From: the human T2T-CHM13v2.0 reference genome, Homo sapiens
Assembly (NCBI RefSeq): GCF_009914755.1
Contig: NC_060926.1
Strand: one strand, 5' to 3'
DNA length: 64,000 nt
Within the stretch, counting starts at the first letter, position 1; every line of letters starts with the position of its first letter. Positions 40,601 to 53,594 of the stretch are shown piece after piece. The notes under the pieces are model-generated. The model made no database searches and had not been told where the DNA came from. It worked only from the letters and a program-made list of their open reading frames with translations. Both the position numbers and the translations under genes were made by a program.

Positions 40601-41272
40601 TGAATCTTAGGAAAGCTGAATTTTAAAAGTGTTATAAGGACGAGCGATCCTATCACAGATAGCCCCGTGTGCCACGGGTAGGAGTTGGGATTTTGCTCTG
40701 CAGGAGACAGGAGCCATTGGCAATTTTTACTTCTGCTCTCTCCGAGCCAGAAACGAGAACCTTTGCCGGCCCTTCAGATGTGTTTCAGCTTCCCTGTCCA
40801 TTGCCCCTTGCATGAGAAAGCCCCTTGAGTCTCCAGAGGCTGCAGCCTTCAAGGGTCCTTCAACAAGATCTGGCACCTTCTTGAGGCTGAAGGTGGATTT
40901 TCTTTTCCCAGACCCTCACCTGAATTCTCTGGTGCCTTTAAACTGCTGCTCCTAAGCCGCTCCAAACTTTTAGAATTCCATCTGGGACCCGGCCCCCAGG
41001 CTCAGTGAGGAATTGTCAGAAACATCTGCTCAGGCCCAAGAGCAAGACCACTTGTAGCCACCTGTCAGTCCCTCTGCCTGTTGCTTTGCTTTAAGACAGT
41101 AATTGTTAATGCTTTTCAAGGAAAACACTAAGGCCCACGAAGCAATGGAAACCTTTGGTAGCCTGAGTCCTTAGGGCTGGGCTCTGGTGCCCTCATGTCC
41201 CAGGAGGCCCTGGCACACCAGCCACAGGGGATGGTAGCCTGACCTGGTCTTCCAACCTCTGGGTCTGCAGGG

Positions 41273-41304
<32 letters not shown>

Positions 41305-41324
41305 GTGTGTGTATGTATGTGTGT
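41273..41324. repeat. (GT)n microsatellite, interrupted
   Basis: Direct reading. Confidence 0.95.
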
Positions 41325-41498
41325 CGCATCTCTAGGCCTTTGTTACTGGAGAGAGAGGCCCATAGGTGGCCTTCACCACATGCACCAGGGACCCTCACAT
41401 AAGGACAAATCAAGCGTGTGGTGGAAGGAGGAAGAATCCATTCCTTCCCTCCTTGGACAGCCCCTAAAGCTGGAGATGCTTTGACCATTAGCCACTAT

Positions 41499-42900
41499 TG
41501 TGTCCGGAATTGGTGGGTTCTTGATCTTACTGACTTCAAGAATGAAGCCATGGACCCTCGCGGTGTTGCAGTTCTTAAAGGCGGCATGTCTGGAGTTTGT
41601 TCCTTCTGATGTTCTGATGTGTTTGGAGTTTCTTCCTTCTGGTGGGTTCGTGGTCTCGCTGGCTCAGGATTGAAGCTGCAGACCTTCACAATAAGTGTCA
41701 CACCTCATAAATGCAGTGTGGACCCAAAGAGTGAGCAGCAGCACAATTTATTGCAAAGAGCAAAAGAACAAAGCTACCACAGTGTGGAAGAGGACCCCAG
41801 CATGTTGCCACTGCTGGCTGGGGCAGCCTGCTTTTATTTTCTTATCTGGCCACATCTACATCCTGCTGATTGGTCCATTTTACAGCGAGCCGATTGGTCT
41901 GTTTTACAGAGAGCTGATTGGTCTGTTTTGACAGAGTGCTGATTGGTGCATTTACAATCCCTGAGCTATACACAAAAGTTCTCCACCTCCCCACTAGATT
42001 AGCTAGATACAGAGGGTCGATTGGTGCATTCACAAACCCTGAGCTAGACACAGGATGCTGATTGGTGTGTTTACAAACTTTGAGCTAGATACAGAGTGCT
42101 GATTGGTGTATTTACAATCCCTTAGCTAAACATAAAGGTTCTCCAAGTCCCCACCAGATTAACTAGATACAGAGTGTCTATTGGTGCATTCACAAACCCT
42201 GAGCTAGACACAGGGTACTGATTGGTGTGTTTACAAACCTTGAGCTAGATGCAGAGTGCTGACTGGTGTATTTACAATCCCTTAGCTAGACATAAAGATT
42301 CTCCAAGTCCCCACCAGACTCAGGAGCCCAGTGGATCCTGCACTGGGGTTGCAGGTGGAGCTGCCTGCCAGTCCCGCGCCCTGCGCCCGCACTCCTCAGC
42401 CCTTGGGAGGTCGATGGGACTGGGCGCCCTGGAGCAGGGAGCTGCACTCATCAGGGAGGCTCCAGCCGCGCAGGAGCCCAAGGCAGTGGGGGGAGGCTCA
42501 GGCATGGCGGGCTGCAGGTCCCGAGCCCTGCCCCATGGGAAGGCAGCTGAGGCCTGGCAAGAAATCGAGCACAGCAGCTGCTGGCTCAGATGCTAAGCCC
42601 CTCACTGCCTGGGGATTGCCGGCCAGCCGGCCTCTCCAAGTGCGGTCCCGCTGAGCCCACGCCCACCTGGAACTCGCGCTGGCCCGCAAGCGCCGTGCGC
42701 AGCCCCGGTTCCCACCCGTGCCTCTCCCTCCTCACCTCCCCGCAAGCCGAGGGAGCCGGCTCCGGCCTCAGCCAGCCCAGAGAAGGTCTCCCATGGTGCA
42801 GCAGCGGGTTGAAGGGCTCCTCAAGCATGGCCAGAATGGGCACCGAGGCCAATGAGGCACCGAGAGTGAGCGAGGGCTGCCAGCACGCTGTCACCTCTCA
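41499..42900 (-). mobile_element. LTR12 (LTR12C-like, ERV9) solo LTR
   Basis: Termini TGAGAGGTGACAGC...CCGGACACA on the minus strand; 4-bp TSD ctat; tandem CCAAT array; GC-rich U3. Confidence 0.95.
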
Positions 42901-43002
42901 CTATTAGGCACTGTAAGGGTCTATACACTTTTTGGGAGCCTACAAAAATGTTTCAGGGCTGAAAAATTTGCTGCAAAATACATAAACAGCAAATTAAAAA
43001 CA

Positions 43003-43256
43003 AATTCAATAGCTTTAGGGGTATAAGTGGCTTTCGGTTACGTGGATGAATTGTATAGTGGCGAAACCTGGGCTTTTAGTGTACCTGTCACCTGAATAGT
43101 GTATATTGTGCCCAATAGTTGATGTTTTATCTCTCACCCCACTCCCCCCACCCAAGTCTGAGTCTCCAATATCCATTATACCACTCTGTATGCCTTTGCG
43201 TACCCACAGCTTAGCTCTCACTTATAAGTGAGAACATGTAGTATTTGGTTTTCCAA
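43003..43256 (-). mobile_element. L1PB-type 3' end
   Basis: ggttacgtggatgaattgtatagtgg...cttagctctcacttataagtgagaacatg. Confidence 0.88.
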
Positions 43257-43498
43257 TATTCTATTTATTATTTATTTATTATTTATTATTATTTAATTGG
43301 AAGCCTACAACACATACCAATAGTCAGCCACAACTACACTCATTTAGAATTACATACATAATTTGGGAAGCCTGATAGTCTATAGAGCTACAGTTTCCTT
43401 ACTGTGAAAAAAATCAAGGAATTTCTTTTGAAAGGGGTGGGGCTTCCACAAGTTAGAGCAGCCAGGCCTTCTAAAGGCTTAAAATAATGGCCAAGAGT

Positions 43499-43796
43499 GG
43501 CCAGGCGCGGTGGCTCATGCCTGTAATCCCAGCACTTTGGGAGGCTGAGGCGGGCGGATCACAAGGTCAGGAGATCACACCATCCTGGCTAACACGGTGA
43601 AACCCCCTCTCTACTAAAAATACAAAACAAAATTAGCCGGGCCTAGTGGCAGGTGCCTGTAGTCACAGCTACTCGGGAGGGAGGGTGAGGCAGAGGCAGA
43701 GGCAGAATGGCATGAACCTGGGAGGCGGAGCTTGCAGTGAGCTGAGATTCCGCCACTGCACTCCAGCCTGGGCGACAGAGCGAGATTCTGTCTTAA

Positions 43797-43840
<44 letters not shown>
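43499..43840 (+). mobile_element. AluY with (AAT)n tail and internal gaggca duplication
   Basis: TSD aataatggccaagag / aataattgccaagag. Confidence 0.93.
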
Positions 43841-43841
<1 letters not shown>

Positions 43842-44859
43842 TGCCAAGAGCTAAGGATAGAGAAACACGGACAGCTCTAAGCAAGACCCAGCATCACTGT
43901 GCTAGCTCTGCCCTCCCTGCCGAGAATGCAAACAGGCTTTCTGCAGCTGCTCCCATCACCATCATTACCGCTATTAACCTTACTGTGCAGATTTTAGCTT
44001 ATTTTCAAATATGCCACCACCATCGCGGCTGTCAATATCACATTACTGTATCACTACCACAAACACCACCATTATCCTACCTCTGCCTGGCTACTCTCAC
44101 CCCAACAACTGCAACTTCTAGAATTGCTACCCTGCCACAGTAACTTATCCCCCTGCCTCCATTACCAGCGCCATTGTTGCAACTAACAACATTATTACCC
44201 TTAATTCGGTTATTTGCTCACACGTAAGTAACACTTTCTAGTTTACAGAACTCTTTCATACCACTGAACGCATTTGGTCCTGCTCACACCCTGTTGAAGC
44301 ATCACATCACAGGCTGATTTGGGTCATTTGGTACCTACGCTGGTTAGAACGTGTGGACTCCCAGGGAGCTGTCGAGAAAGGGCTGCTCAGGGTGTCTTTA
44401 AGGCTCAGCCACATCCCATTGGTCAGAACCCAGGCACGTTTCCCCAGCCTGACGGCAGGAAAATGGGAGAAAGCTTGGGAGCACTTGGCTCTTTGGTGAG
44501 CATCAGCTGCCTCTGCAAGAAGCAGGTGTCTCTGGAGTGTGGAGGTGGAGCTCTAGAAGGACCAGAGGCCCCATGCCCTCTGCAATGTGGGGCAGATGAA
44601 GAGCAATGAAATGATGACAAATTATGGACTTGAGGGATGAGGTCCCTGCTATGACTTCATTTTATTGTACTTCCCGTGCTTCTGCACCTCCTGGCTCACT
44701 TGAACAAGGCCCTCACATAGTAGAGTTCCTGATTAAGGCAGAGAGAGCGCTTAGATGGGGATGTGACTGCCTAAAGTCACACAATGAGAGACTGCTAGAA
44801 CCGGCGCTGGAGCCCATGTGACTACTCTCCAAAGTGAGGCCTTAGGTCAATAGCAGTTG

Positions 44860-46235
44860 CCCATCAGTCTCCCTTACACAGAACCCCAATTTGCTCAGGT
44901 GTTAGGAGACCATGTACACAAGGGTAAGTTTGATTCTTCTGCACTCCCTAGAAGAGAACCTTGATTGGTCTAAGAACCAACAATGCTAGTTCTATCTCCC
45001 TGGCCAGTAATTTTTTTAAAATTTTACTTTAAGTTCTGGGATACAAGTGCAGAATGTGTAGGTTTGTTACATAGGTATACATGTGCCATGGTGGTTAGCT
45101 GCACCTATCAACCCGTCATCGAGGTTTTAAGCCCCACATGCATTAGCTATTTGTCCTAATGCTCTCCCTCCCCTCATTCCCCACCCCCTCATTGGTCCTG
45201 GTGTGTGATGTTCCCCTCCCTGTGTCCGTGCCTTCTCATTGTTCAACTCCCACTTATGAGTGATAACATGTTTGGTTTTCTGTTCCTGTGTTAGTTTGCT
45301 GAGGATGATGGCTTCCAGCTTCATCCACGTCCCTGCAAAGTACATAATCTCATTCCTTTACATGGCTGCATAGTATTCCATGGTGTATACGAACTACGTT
45401 TTCTTCATCCAGTCTATCATTGATGAACATTTGCGTTGGTTCCATGTCTTTGCTATTGTAAATAGTGCTGCAATAAACATATTGTGTGTATGTGTCTTTG
45501 TAGTAGAATGATTTCTATTCCTTTGGGTATATACCCAGTAATGGGATTCCTGGGTCAAATGGCATTTCTGGTTCTAGTTCCTTGGGAAATCACCACAGTG
45601 ACTTCCACAATGGTTGAACTAATTTACACTCCCACCAACAGCGTAAAAGCGTTCCTATTTCTCCACAGCCTTGCCAGCATCTGTTGTTGCTTGACTTTTT
45701 AATAATCATCATTCTGACTGGTGTGAGTTGGTATCTCATTGTGGTTTTGATTTGCATTTATCTAATGATTAGTGATGTTGAGGTTTTTTTCATATGTTCA
45801 GTAATTTTTTGAAATCAAGGAATGGCCATGTGATGCAATTCTGGCAGATGAGAATTATAGGAGCTCTCCCAGAGGCTCCCAGGGAAGATTTTTCTGAAAG
45901 ATATCTACACTGTTAAAAGGGCGCACAAGGAAGAGATGCACTTCCTTCTGGTCTTTTGACATTGTTGGGTGAGGCTGTGATGTTTGGATATATTGCAGCC
46001 ATACTGTGAACATCAGGAGAGCCTGAGAATAAAATTCACTGAAGGTGGCAGAACAGAAAGACAGAAGAAATCTGGGCCCATGCCGATGTCATTAAACTGC
46101 TTAATTAACCAGCCCTGGAACTGCCCCACCTCTGGACTTATTATGTGAGATACATTTAGTTTAATCTTTCATTTTTGTTTTTATATTTTTTAAATTGTTT
46201 AAGCCACCTTTGAGTCTTTTGCTTGCAGCTAAGAA
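44860..46235 (+). mobile_element. Ancient ERVL/MaLR-class LTR (MLT1K/L- or LTR33-like) split by an L1
   Basis: ccagccctggaactgccccacctctggacttattatgtgagata...tttaagccac. Confidence 0.55.
45017..45798 (-). mobile_element. L1PA8-like 3' fragment
   Basis: ttttactttaagttctgggatacaagtgcagaa...; 12-bp TSD cagtaatttttt at 45005-45016 and 45799-45810. Confidence 0.93.
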
Positions 46236-46269
46236 AAATAAAAAATGCTTCAATGACAAATATTCCAAT

Positions 46270-46620
46270 TTTATTCTGGGCCTTTGCCCATGTTATTCCC
46301 ATCAACAGAAGTAGGAATATTTTCTTACTCATCTGGTGAACTTGTCTCTAAAAATCAGCCCAGATGTTACTTCCTGTAGGAGCCCTTCCCTGAATGTTAT
46401 TGACCAAAGAGTTTATTATTTACCATTTCCTTCTTTGTGTCCTCAGTATCCTTGGTCCCTATTTGTACTTATTGTACTGTATATTGTAATGTGCTTGTCA
46501 CCTATTTCTTGCCACCACTATATCTTGAGGGCAGATACAGGATTTTAGTTACTGTTTCTCCAGCTCTTAGGACAGAGGCTGGCACAGAGCAGACCTCACT
46601 AAGTAAGTGTTTGAATCAAA
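46270..46620 (+). mobile_element. L2 3' relic
   Basis: cagatgttacttcctgtaggagcccttccctga...ctggcacagagcagac...gtgtttgaat. Confidence 0.6.
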
Positions 46621-47039
46621 TCCAGTGGCACAATGCATGAGAAGTTCGATTAGCTGTAAAGCAAGAAACATCACGAGATAGTATTAAGTTGATAAATGAA
46701 GTCACTAAAGTGTTAATTGCTTTTTAATGGGCTTCATTCAACTAAATAGATACTTATTTGACCATTGATGTGACTATCTGTGTAGCCAATGGACAACAGA
46801 TGTTTTCTGACAGTATTTTTCTCCTCTTCCAAAACAGTTTTAAGGACAGGATCCCGGTCCAGTCTCCTGACTGCGTAGAGATCCCTCTTCTTCCCGAAAG
46901 GCAGTGGATGTACTTGAAAGGAGACTTCACGGACATTCCCAAGGAGACCTGCATTTTAAGCCCAGCTCTGTCTGCACTTGCTGTGTGAGTCATATCATGC
47001 ACTTCACTTTAATCGTCTGTAAAATGGGTGCTATGGTTC

Positions 47040-47772
47040 TGTTAGCAGTGGAACATATCAGAGACACAGCACCAAACTGTCTTAGCAGCGGTGAATCCTT
47101 ACGGGTCTGCAGCAACCTCTATTCTTGCCTCCTCAGAAGAAATAATTCAACTGGGGGGCATAAGGCAGAAGGAGAGACGGAGGCAAGTTTTAGAGCAGGA
47201 GTGAAAGTTTATTAAAAAGCTTTACAGCAGGAACGAAAGGAAGTAAAGTACACTTGGAAGAGGGCCAAGCCGGCGACTTGAGAGATCAGGTGTGCAGTTT
47301 TGACCTTTGATTTGGGGTTTTACACATTGGCATACCTCCGGGGTCCCACATCCCTTCTCCCCTGAATCTTCCCTTGGGGTGCACTGTCTGCATGCGCTGT
47401 GGCCTGCTAGCGCTTGGGAGGGGAAGCATGAGTGGTGTGTTTACTGAGTTGTACACATGCTCACTTGAGGCCTTCTTCCTAGTGGAAGGTCATATACCAG
47501 TTAAACTCCGCCATTTTGCCTCTTAGTGCACATGCTTCAGCCCACTCGCCCAACTCCTGAGATCTTATCAGGAAAGTTGCTGATCACCAGTTTCAGGTGT
47601 TTCTGTCTAATGGAAGACTGCCTTTCCCTGGCCCTGGCTGTGACCAATTATTAGAGAGACAGTTTATTATTATAATAACTACCTGACCATCACCTGATGG
47701 TTGCCTGACATTCCTGGTGGGTGGGGGTCCTCTCCTGCCCTGCTCATCTCTATCTGATGACCTACTGTAACA
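47040..47772 (-). mobile_element. MER50-like ERV1 solo LTR
   Basis: TG...CA termini; ggcataaggcagaaggagagacggaggcaagttttagagcagg; near-TSD gttc/attc. Confidence 0.85.
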
Positions 47773-47915
47773 ATTCTGCTGCAACTACTTACCCAAATGG
47801 CCCTGAGACTTCTGGGAGGCCAAGAATAGGAAATCCTCTTTGTCCAATGTCAGATGTTGTGTGTGTATCCTTGGCTGGACAGTTGTTAGCACCCACTACT
47901 GAGGATGCACTCAAG

Positions 47916-48120
47916 TTTTTTTTCTCTTTTCTTAGAGACAGGGTCTTGTTCATTTGCCCAGGCTGGAGGGCAGTGGTATGATTACAGCTCAATGCAGCCT
48001 CAAATCCTAAGCTCAACTGATCCTCCTGCCTCAGCCTCCCATGTAGCTAGGTTGACAGATGCAATGCCACCAAGCCTGGCTAATTAAAGAAAGAAATTGT
48101 AGAGGTAGAGCCTCAACTCT
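47916..48120 (-). mobile_element. AluJ-like partial
   Basis: agagacagggtcttg...gatcctcctgcctcagcctccc. Confidence 0.85.
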
Positions 48121-48124
48121 GCTT

Positions 48125-49024
48125 TTTCATTTTGTTTTGTTTTATTTTTTAATTTGGATATTTTCACATCTAGAGCCTTTTACTGACCCTGGAGGGACTG
48201 CTTCCCAGACTTTGCCCTCAGGATTGACCAAGTCACAGAGATAGTAAATGATTCAATTGCAGAGTGTACCTTTCTTACGCAGGCCAACAGATGCGGTGCT
48301 CACATACCAGTACCTCATACTCTGGGCCATTCTCCACCTGCCCTAATCACCCCAAGACCAGTACCAGGCAACGAGGGACAGCCGCTATGTCCCAGAGTCC
48401 ACTAAAACCATCCAAACTTGCCCATTCTAAGCCTGCTTACCCTGTCTTGCCCATTCCTTCCTGAGAAATCCAGAATAGAGGCTCCTGCTGGCATTCTCCC
48501 CTTGCTTCCTCTGCCTCCCAATGGACCTTGGTTCCCCGTGTGGCCCTGAATGTGCCCCCTTTTTTGGGAACTGTGAGTAACAAACTGTCATTTCAATGGC
48601 AATCATCTTCTGTTCCATAGTCTTCCCTTGTATTAGTCTTTTTCCACACTACTGATAAAGACATACCGAAGATTGGGAGGAAAAAGAGGCTTAATTGGAC
48701 TTATAGTTCCACATGTCTGGGGAGGCCTCAGAATCATGGCGGGAGGCAAAAGGGACTTCCTACATGGTGGCAGCAAGAGAAAATGAGGGAGAAGCAAAAG
48801 CAGAAACCCCTGATAAACCCATCAGATCTTGTGAGACTTATTCACTATCACTAGAATAGCACAGGAAAGACTGGCCCCCGTGATTCAGTTACCTCTCTCT
48901 GGGTCCCTCCCACACAACACATGGGAATTCTGGGAGATACAATTCAAGTTGAGATTTGGGTGAGGGCACAGCCAAACCATATCATCCCTGTACCTGAATA
49001 ATATTAAAACCTGCATTAAAAGAC
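48125..49024 (+). mobile_element. MER74-like ERVL LTR interrupted by THE1
   Basis: ctgaccctggagggactgc...cctgccctaatcacccca...gggaactgtgagtaacaaactgtc...tacctgaataatattaaaacct. Confidence 0.65.
48629..48984 (-). mobile_element. THE1A-like solo LTR
   Basis: tgtattagtc...cagccaaaccatatca with perfect 5-bp TSD tccct. Confidence 0.93.
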
Positions 49025-51035
49025 AGCCGTGTAAAGCAGGAAGCTAGTTGGTGGGGATAGGAGTGGGAGAGGAGTCCCTCCCTTCTTTTTGAATTTGGGC
49101 ATTGGGGCATCTCCCTGATTATACTGAAGAAACACTCAGCAAGGAGCATGCACTACTTTTAGCCCCTGCAGCAACCTAGTCCAGCTGAGTGGCAAAAACT
49201 AAGGCAACAATGTCCCTTGCTCAAAAGGCCTCCTACACCATTGAATCATTGTGGAATGTTGAGGAGGAAGGGACTTCTGGTTGTGAATTTGATTCTTTCA
49301 AATAGTTGATGCCTAAACCCAGACGCCCTATGGAGAGCTGATTAGAATCCCCTGCACAATTGACCAGAGGCTTTGGGAACCTGAAGAGAAGTAGGCACCC
49401 AAATTTCTAACCCTCATCTTCATGCTAAGTAAGAGCTGAAGTCTGTTCTCTGGACTTACTTTCCTGAAAGACTTGACTTGTAAAGGCCATTTAAAATCCA
49501 TTTAAAGGGAAGGAGAGTGCTTAGGAGCCCTGTTCTAGCTCCAGGAGGCTGATGGCCACTGCTCTTCCAGACAGAATGATGAGTTCTCTGTGGAGGAGTG
49601 TCTGTACAAGATCACTGACTGTGGGCTCTGAGACCTCTGCTCCATGGATGGAGGGCAGTCGAAGAGGCCACAGGGGCTGCTGGTCTCTTAAGGGCTCACC
49701 AGCTTCCCCAGGGAGGCTGGGGAGGGGGAGGAGGAGTAGTAATGGTCCTGTTGAATTTGGTCTAGCAGTTGGAATATCCTCCTGACTGTTGGGCACAGCC
49801 TTCCTGGGACCTGGAAAGTGAGGTGGAACTAGTTTGGGAAGAGCTTAAGCCTGAGCCTCCCAAACAAAGGAATGAGGCTGATTCATCTTCTCCTGGATCT
49901 TTGTTGTAAATATCAACCTCAATGGCAATTTGGAGCAGTGGTTCAGGAACTGAGCTCATCTGAGCCTCAGGAATCTCAAGCCAAAATAAAAAGCATCTGG
50001 TGCTTCTTGAAGTGGCTTATCCTGGTTCCCAGAGTCCCCCTCCAGATGCCAGCCTTGGGGGGCTTTCAGGACCTTACCCTGGGACCCCCAGTGTCCCTCT
50101 GTTGTGCCTGAGCTCAGTTCCCCAGACTTGCTCAGCAGCACCCCGGCCAAGCCTCCTGCCCTCAGGGATGGCCAAGGCCCTCCTGGAGCCTGTTTCAAGG
50201 ATAGACACCAGGCCCTGTGCTGGTTTCAAAGTGTATCCTTAGAGGGGAATAAACATGTTCTAATCAAAACAAAACACTTCCAAACGGGAGTTTCCTGTTG
50301 GAATTTCCTGGCAGCTCCCAAGGCAGTTGTGATTATGGAAACACTCACTGATTTTTTTCTTCTCAAGGGTGTGGAGGGCATATGACAATGATAGTCTTAG
50401 CTTCCCCTTTCTCAACAGGGATGACAACTACAGTTATCAGTGGGGCCAGCCTGAAATCGGATGGTCAAATCCTATTACAGTAACCCAGGGCTGCCACCCT
50501 ACTCCTGGTAATGGGAGGAATTAAAAACTGCCTGCTGACTTGTCTTGGTTAATGGGCTGCAGGTTCCTCTTCTGGAAATTGGAGAGTCTTAGAGTAACCT
50601 GGAGGTGAGAATCTGGGAGTTCTCTTAAATGTCCCCCTTCCCTAGCACACAGTGTCAATGACCAAGTCCTGTGCTTCTATCTTTGTAAAATGTCTGGATT
50701 GGGTTCTTCTCTGTTGTTGACCCAGATCAGACCCTTGCCATCACTTAACTGGATAATCTCGACAGAGTCTCAATTGGTTTCACACACTTTCCCTCCAATG
50801 TACCCTCCACCCATATGCTGGGTTGATCTGACCACACTCCAACCATGCTCAGTATCCTGCCCAGAATCTCCATCATCTTCTGGGTGAATCCAGTCTTCTT
50901 TGCTCAGCAAGCAGGGCCCCCGCCTGCCTCTGTATCTTGGCTTCTGCTACCCCATCCCTTCCCCAGGCCCTAAACTTGCCAGCCTGCTTTCTCCCCTGGT
51001 GTTTCCCTGAATGGGCTTTCCCTGGGTCTACTTAC

Positions 51036-51494
51036 TATGTGTGTTTACTAGGGATGCTGTAACAAAGCACTGTAAATGGAGTGGCTTCAACAACAGACAT
51101 TTATTGTCTCACAGTTCTGGAGGCTGAAAGTTCGAGGTCAGCGTGTCAGCAGGGCCATGCTCCCTCGGAAGGCTGTAGGGAAGAATATGTTCAGGCCTCC
51201 GTCCTAATCTCTGTAGTTGCTGGCAATCTTCAGTATTCCTTGTCTGTAGAAGCATTCTCCCTCTGATTGCTGCCTTTATCTTCATGAGGCGTTATTCTTG
51301 TGTGTGTGTCTATGTCAACATTTACCCTTTGTATGAGGACACCAGTCATATTGGATTAGGGCCCACTATCATGATCCCATTTTAACTTGATTCCCCCTGT
51401 AGACATTCTACTGACAAATAAGGTCACATTCAGAGGTACTAGGGTTTAGGGCCTCAACATCTGAAAAGGAGGGGAGGACAATTCAACCTGTAAC
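51036..51494 (-). mobile_element. MLT1C-like LTR
   Basis: atttattgtctcacagttctggaggct...ggacaccagtcatattggattagggccca...caattcaacctgtaaca. Confidence 0.85.
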
Positions 51495-52086
51495 ACTTTC
51501 CTTTTAAGAATTCTCTTTTCTGACCTCTTTTCTGTCCTTCTGCTCCCCTCTGGAAAAATTAGCCACTTCTTCTTCTATCCCTTACTGGAGCCTGTACAAA
51601 AGACCATCAGAGGACCTAGAACTTGGTTTTTGGCCTATGTGCCTGTTTCTCTTACTCATTAGATGGAGTTCCTTAAAGACAGGGAGACTGCTTTATTGCC
51701 CTATATCCCCAGGACCCAGAACAATGCCAAAAATACAGTAGGTGCTCAGTGTTTGCTGGATAAATGAATGACTGAGCACATGAGGTTCTTAGTAAAGATG
51801 CAAGTTGGCTGGCACTTCTCCCACTTCAAGTCCCTCTAGGTCCCCCACCTTTTCTCTGTTCCTGCCTAGTCTCCCTTCCATCAACGATTCCCAATTCTGA
51901 CTGAGTAATCTGCATAAAACACAAAGCTGATTATGTCATTCCCCAGTGTCAATGGCTCACCACCGCTATCGAATCAAATCTACACTCCTTACATTGTAGT
52001 TATTTGTTAGCAGACTTATTAAATAGATTACGGAGCATCCATTTAATGGAATCTTATGCAGTTGTTCAATGTGTGAAAAGAATGTT

Positions 52087-52557
52087 TCATTAGTGAGGGT
52101 TCTCCAGAGAATTTACTTACATGATTATGGAGGCTGAGAAGTTCTACTACCTGCCATCTGCAAACTGGACAACTAGGAAGACAGATGGTATAATTCAGTG
52201 CAAATCTGAAGGCCTGAGAGCTGGTTGTGGGGCAGAGGGCCAGGGGGCACTGGTGTAAGTCCCAGAGTCCAAAGGCCTGAGAACCAAGAGTTCTAAAGAC
52301 AAGAGAAGATGGAGGCCTACCTCAAGAAGAGTGAAAGAATGTACGCTTTTTTTTTCCTGCCTTTTTGTTCTATCTGGGCCCTCAGTGGATTGGATGATGC
52401 CCATCCACATTGGTGAAGGTAGATCTTTACTTATCTACCTATTCAAATGCAGATCTCTTCTGGAAACACCCTCACAGGCACACTCAGAAATAATGTCTTA
52501 CCAACTTCTGGGCATCCCTTAGCCCAGTTAAGGTGACACTTAACATTAACCATCACA
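52087..52557 (-). mobile_element. MLT2-type LTR
   Basis: gggttctccagagaa...ggattggatgatgcccatccacattggtgaagg...ttaaccatcaca. Confidence 0.85.
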
Positions 52558-52729
52558 AATGTCATTGACAGAGAAAATGCATATAAGCGGGGGCTACTTT
52601 CAAAATAGTTAAAAATAACTAACCAGCCAAAGCACAGCATGGCCCAAACAACTTCTAGCAATAAACAACCAGCACGACAATGAGTACTCATCATCACCCT
52701 GGTGTTAGGACACAGCAATGAACCCACAG

Positions 52730-53287
52730 TGTGGGCCAGGCAGAACTTTAAAATGGCCCCAAGGGCCCTCATCCCTGACTTTATTCCTGAGGTTATGCTA
52801 TGCTGCCTGGCAGGAGAGAGGTGAACCGGGTGTGCCTGATTTGATCACAGGAGCTCTCTAAAAGTCAAGCATTTTCTTTGGCTGGTAATAGGAGAAAAAG
52901 CCAAAGACATCTGAAGCACGAGAAGGATTTAACATGGCCTTACTGGCTTTGAAGGTGGAGGGATCTCAAGCAGGTACTGGAGAGAAGCTTCCAGAAGCTG
53001 AGAGAGGCCCCCACCTAACAGTCAGTAAGGAAACTGTGACGCCGGTCCTACAGCCGCAAAAAGCTGAATTCAGCCAACAACCTGAACAAGCCTAGAAGGG
53101 GATTCTTCCCCAGCCTCTAGATGAGAATCCAGCTACCAACACCTTGACTTTGGCCTGTAAGACTAAGCAGAGAATCTAGTTGATCTTACCTGGACTTCAA
53201 ACCTAACAGAACTGCGAGATAAAAGGATGCTGTTTTAAGCCACTAAGTTTACGGAAAATTGTTATGCAGCAGTAGAAAACTAATACA
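52730..53287 (+). mobile_element. MLT1E-like LTR
   Basis: ctgaattcagccaacaacctgaa...ttttaagccactaagttt...gttatgcagcagtagaaaactaataca. Confidence 0.82.
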
Positions 53288-53298
53288 AAGCGGGATAA

Positions 53299-53594
<296 letters not shown>

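Noticed and set aside
41860-42310. Regularly spaced ~40-bp repeats superficially like a CRISPR array
   Set aside because: These are the internal CCAAT tandem repeats of LTR12; no unique spacers, no cas genes, eukaryotic DNA.
43940-44200. Thr/Ile/His-rich ORF region
   Set aside because: Degenerate (CAC/CAT)n low-complexity DNA.
46838-46984. Exon-like segment with acceptor, GTGAGT donor and open frame
   Set aside because: The 3' half and donor overlap a MIR relic, the donor context (TGT|GT) is weak and the peptide is unrecognised.
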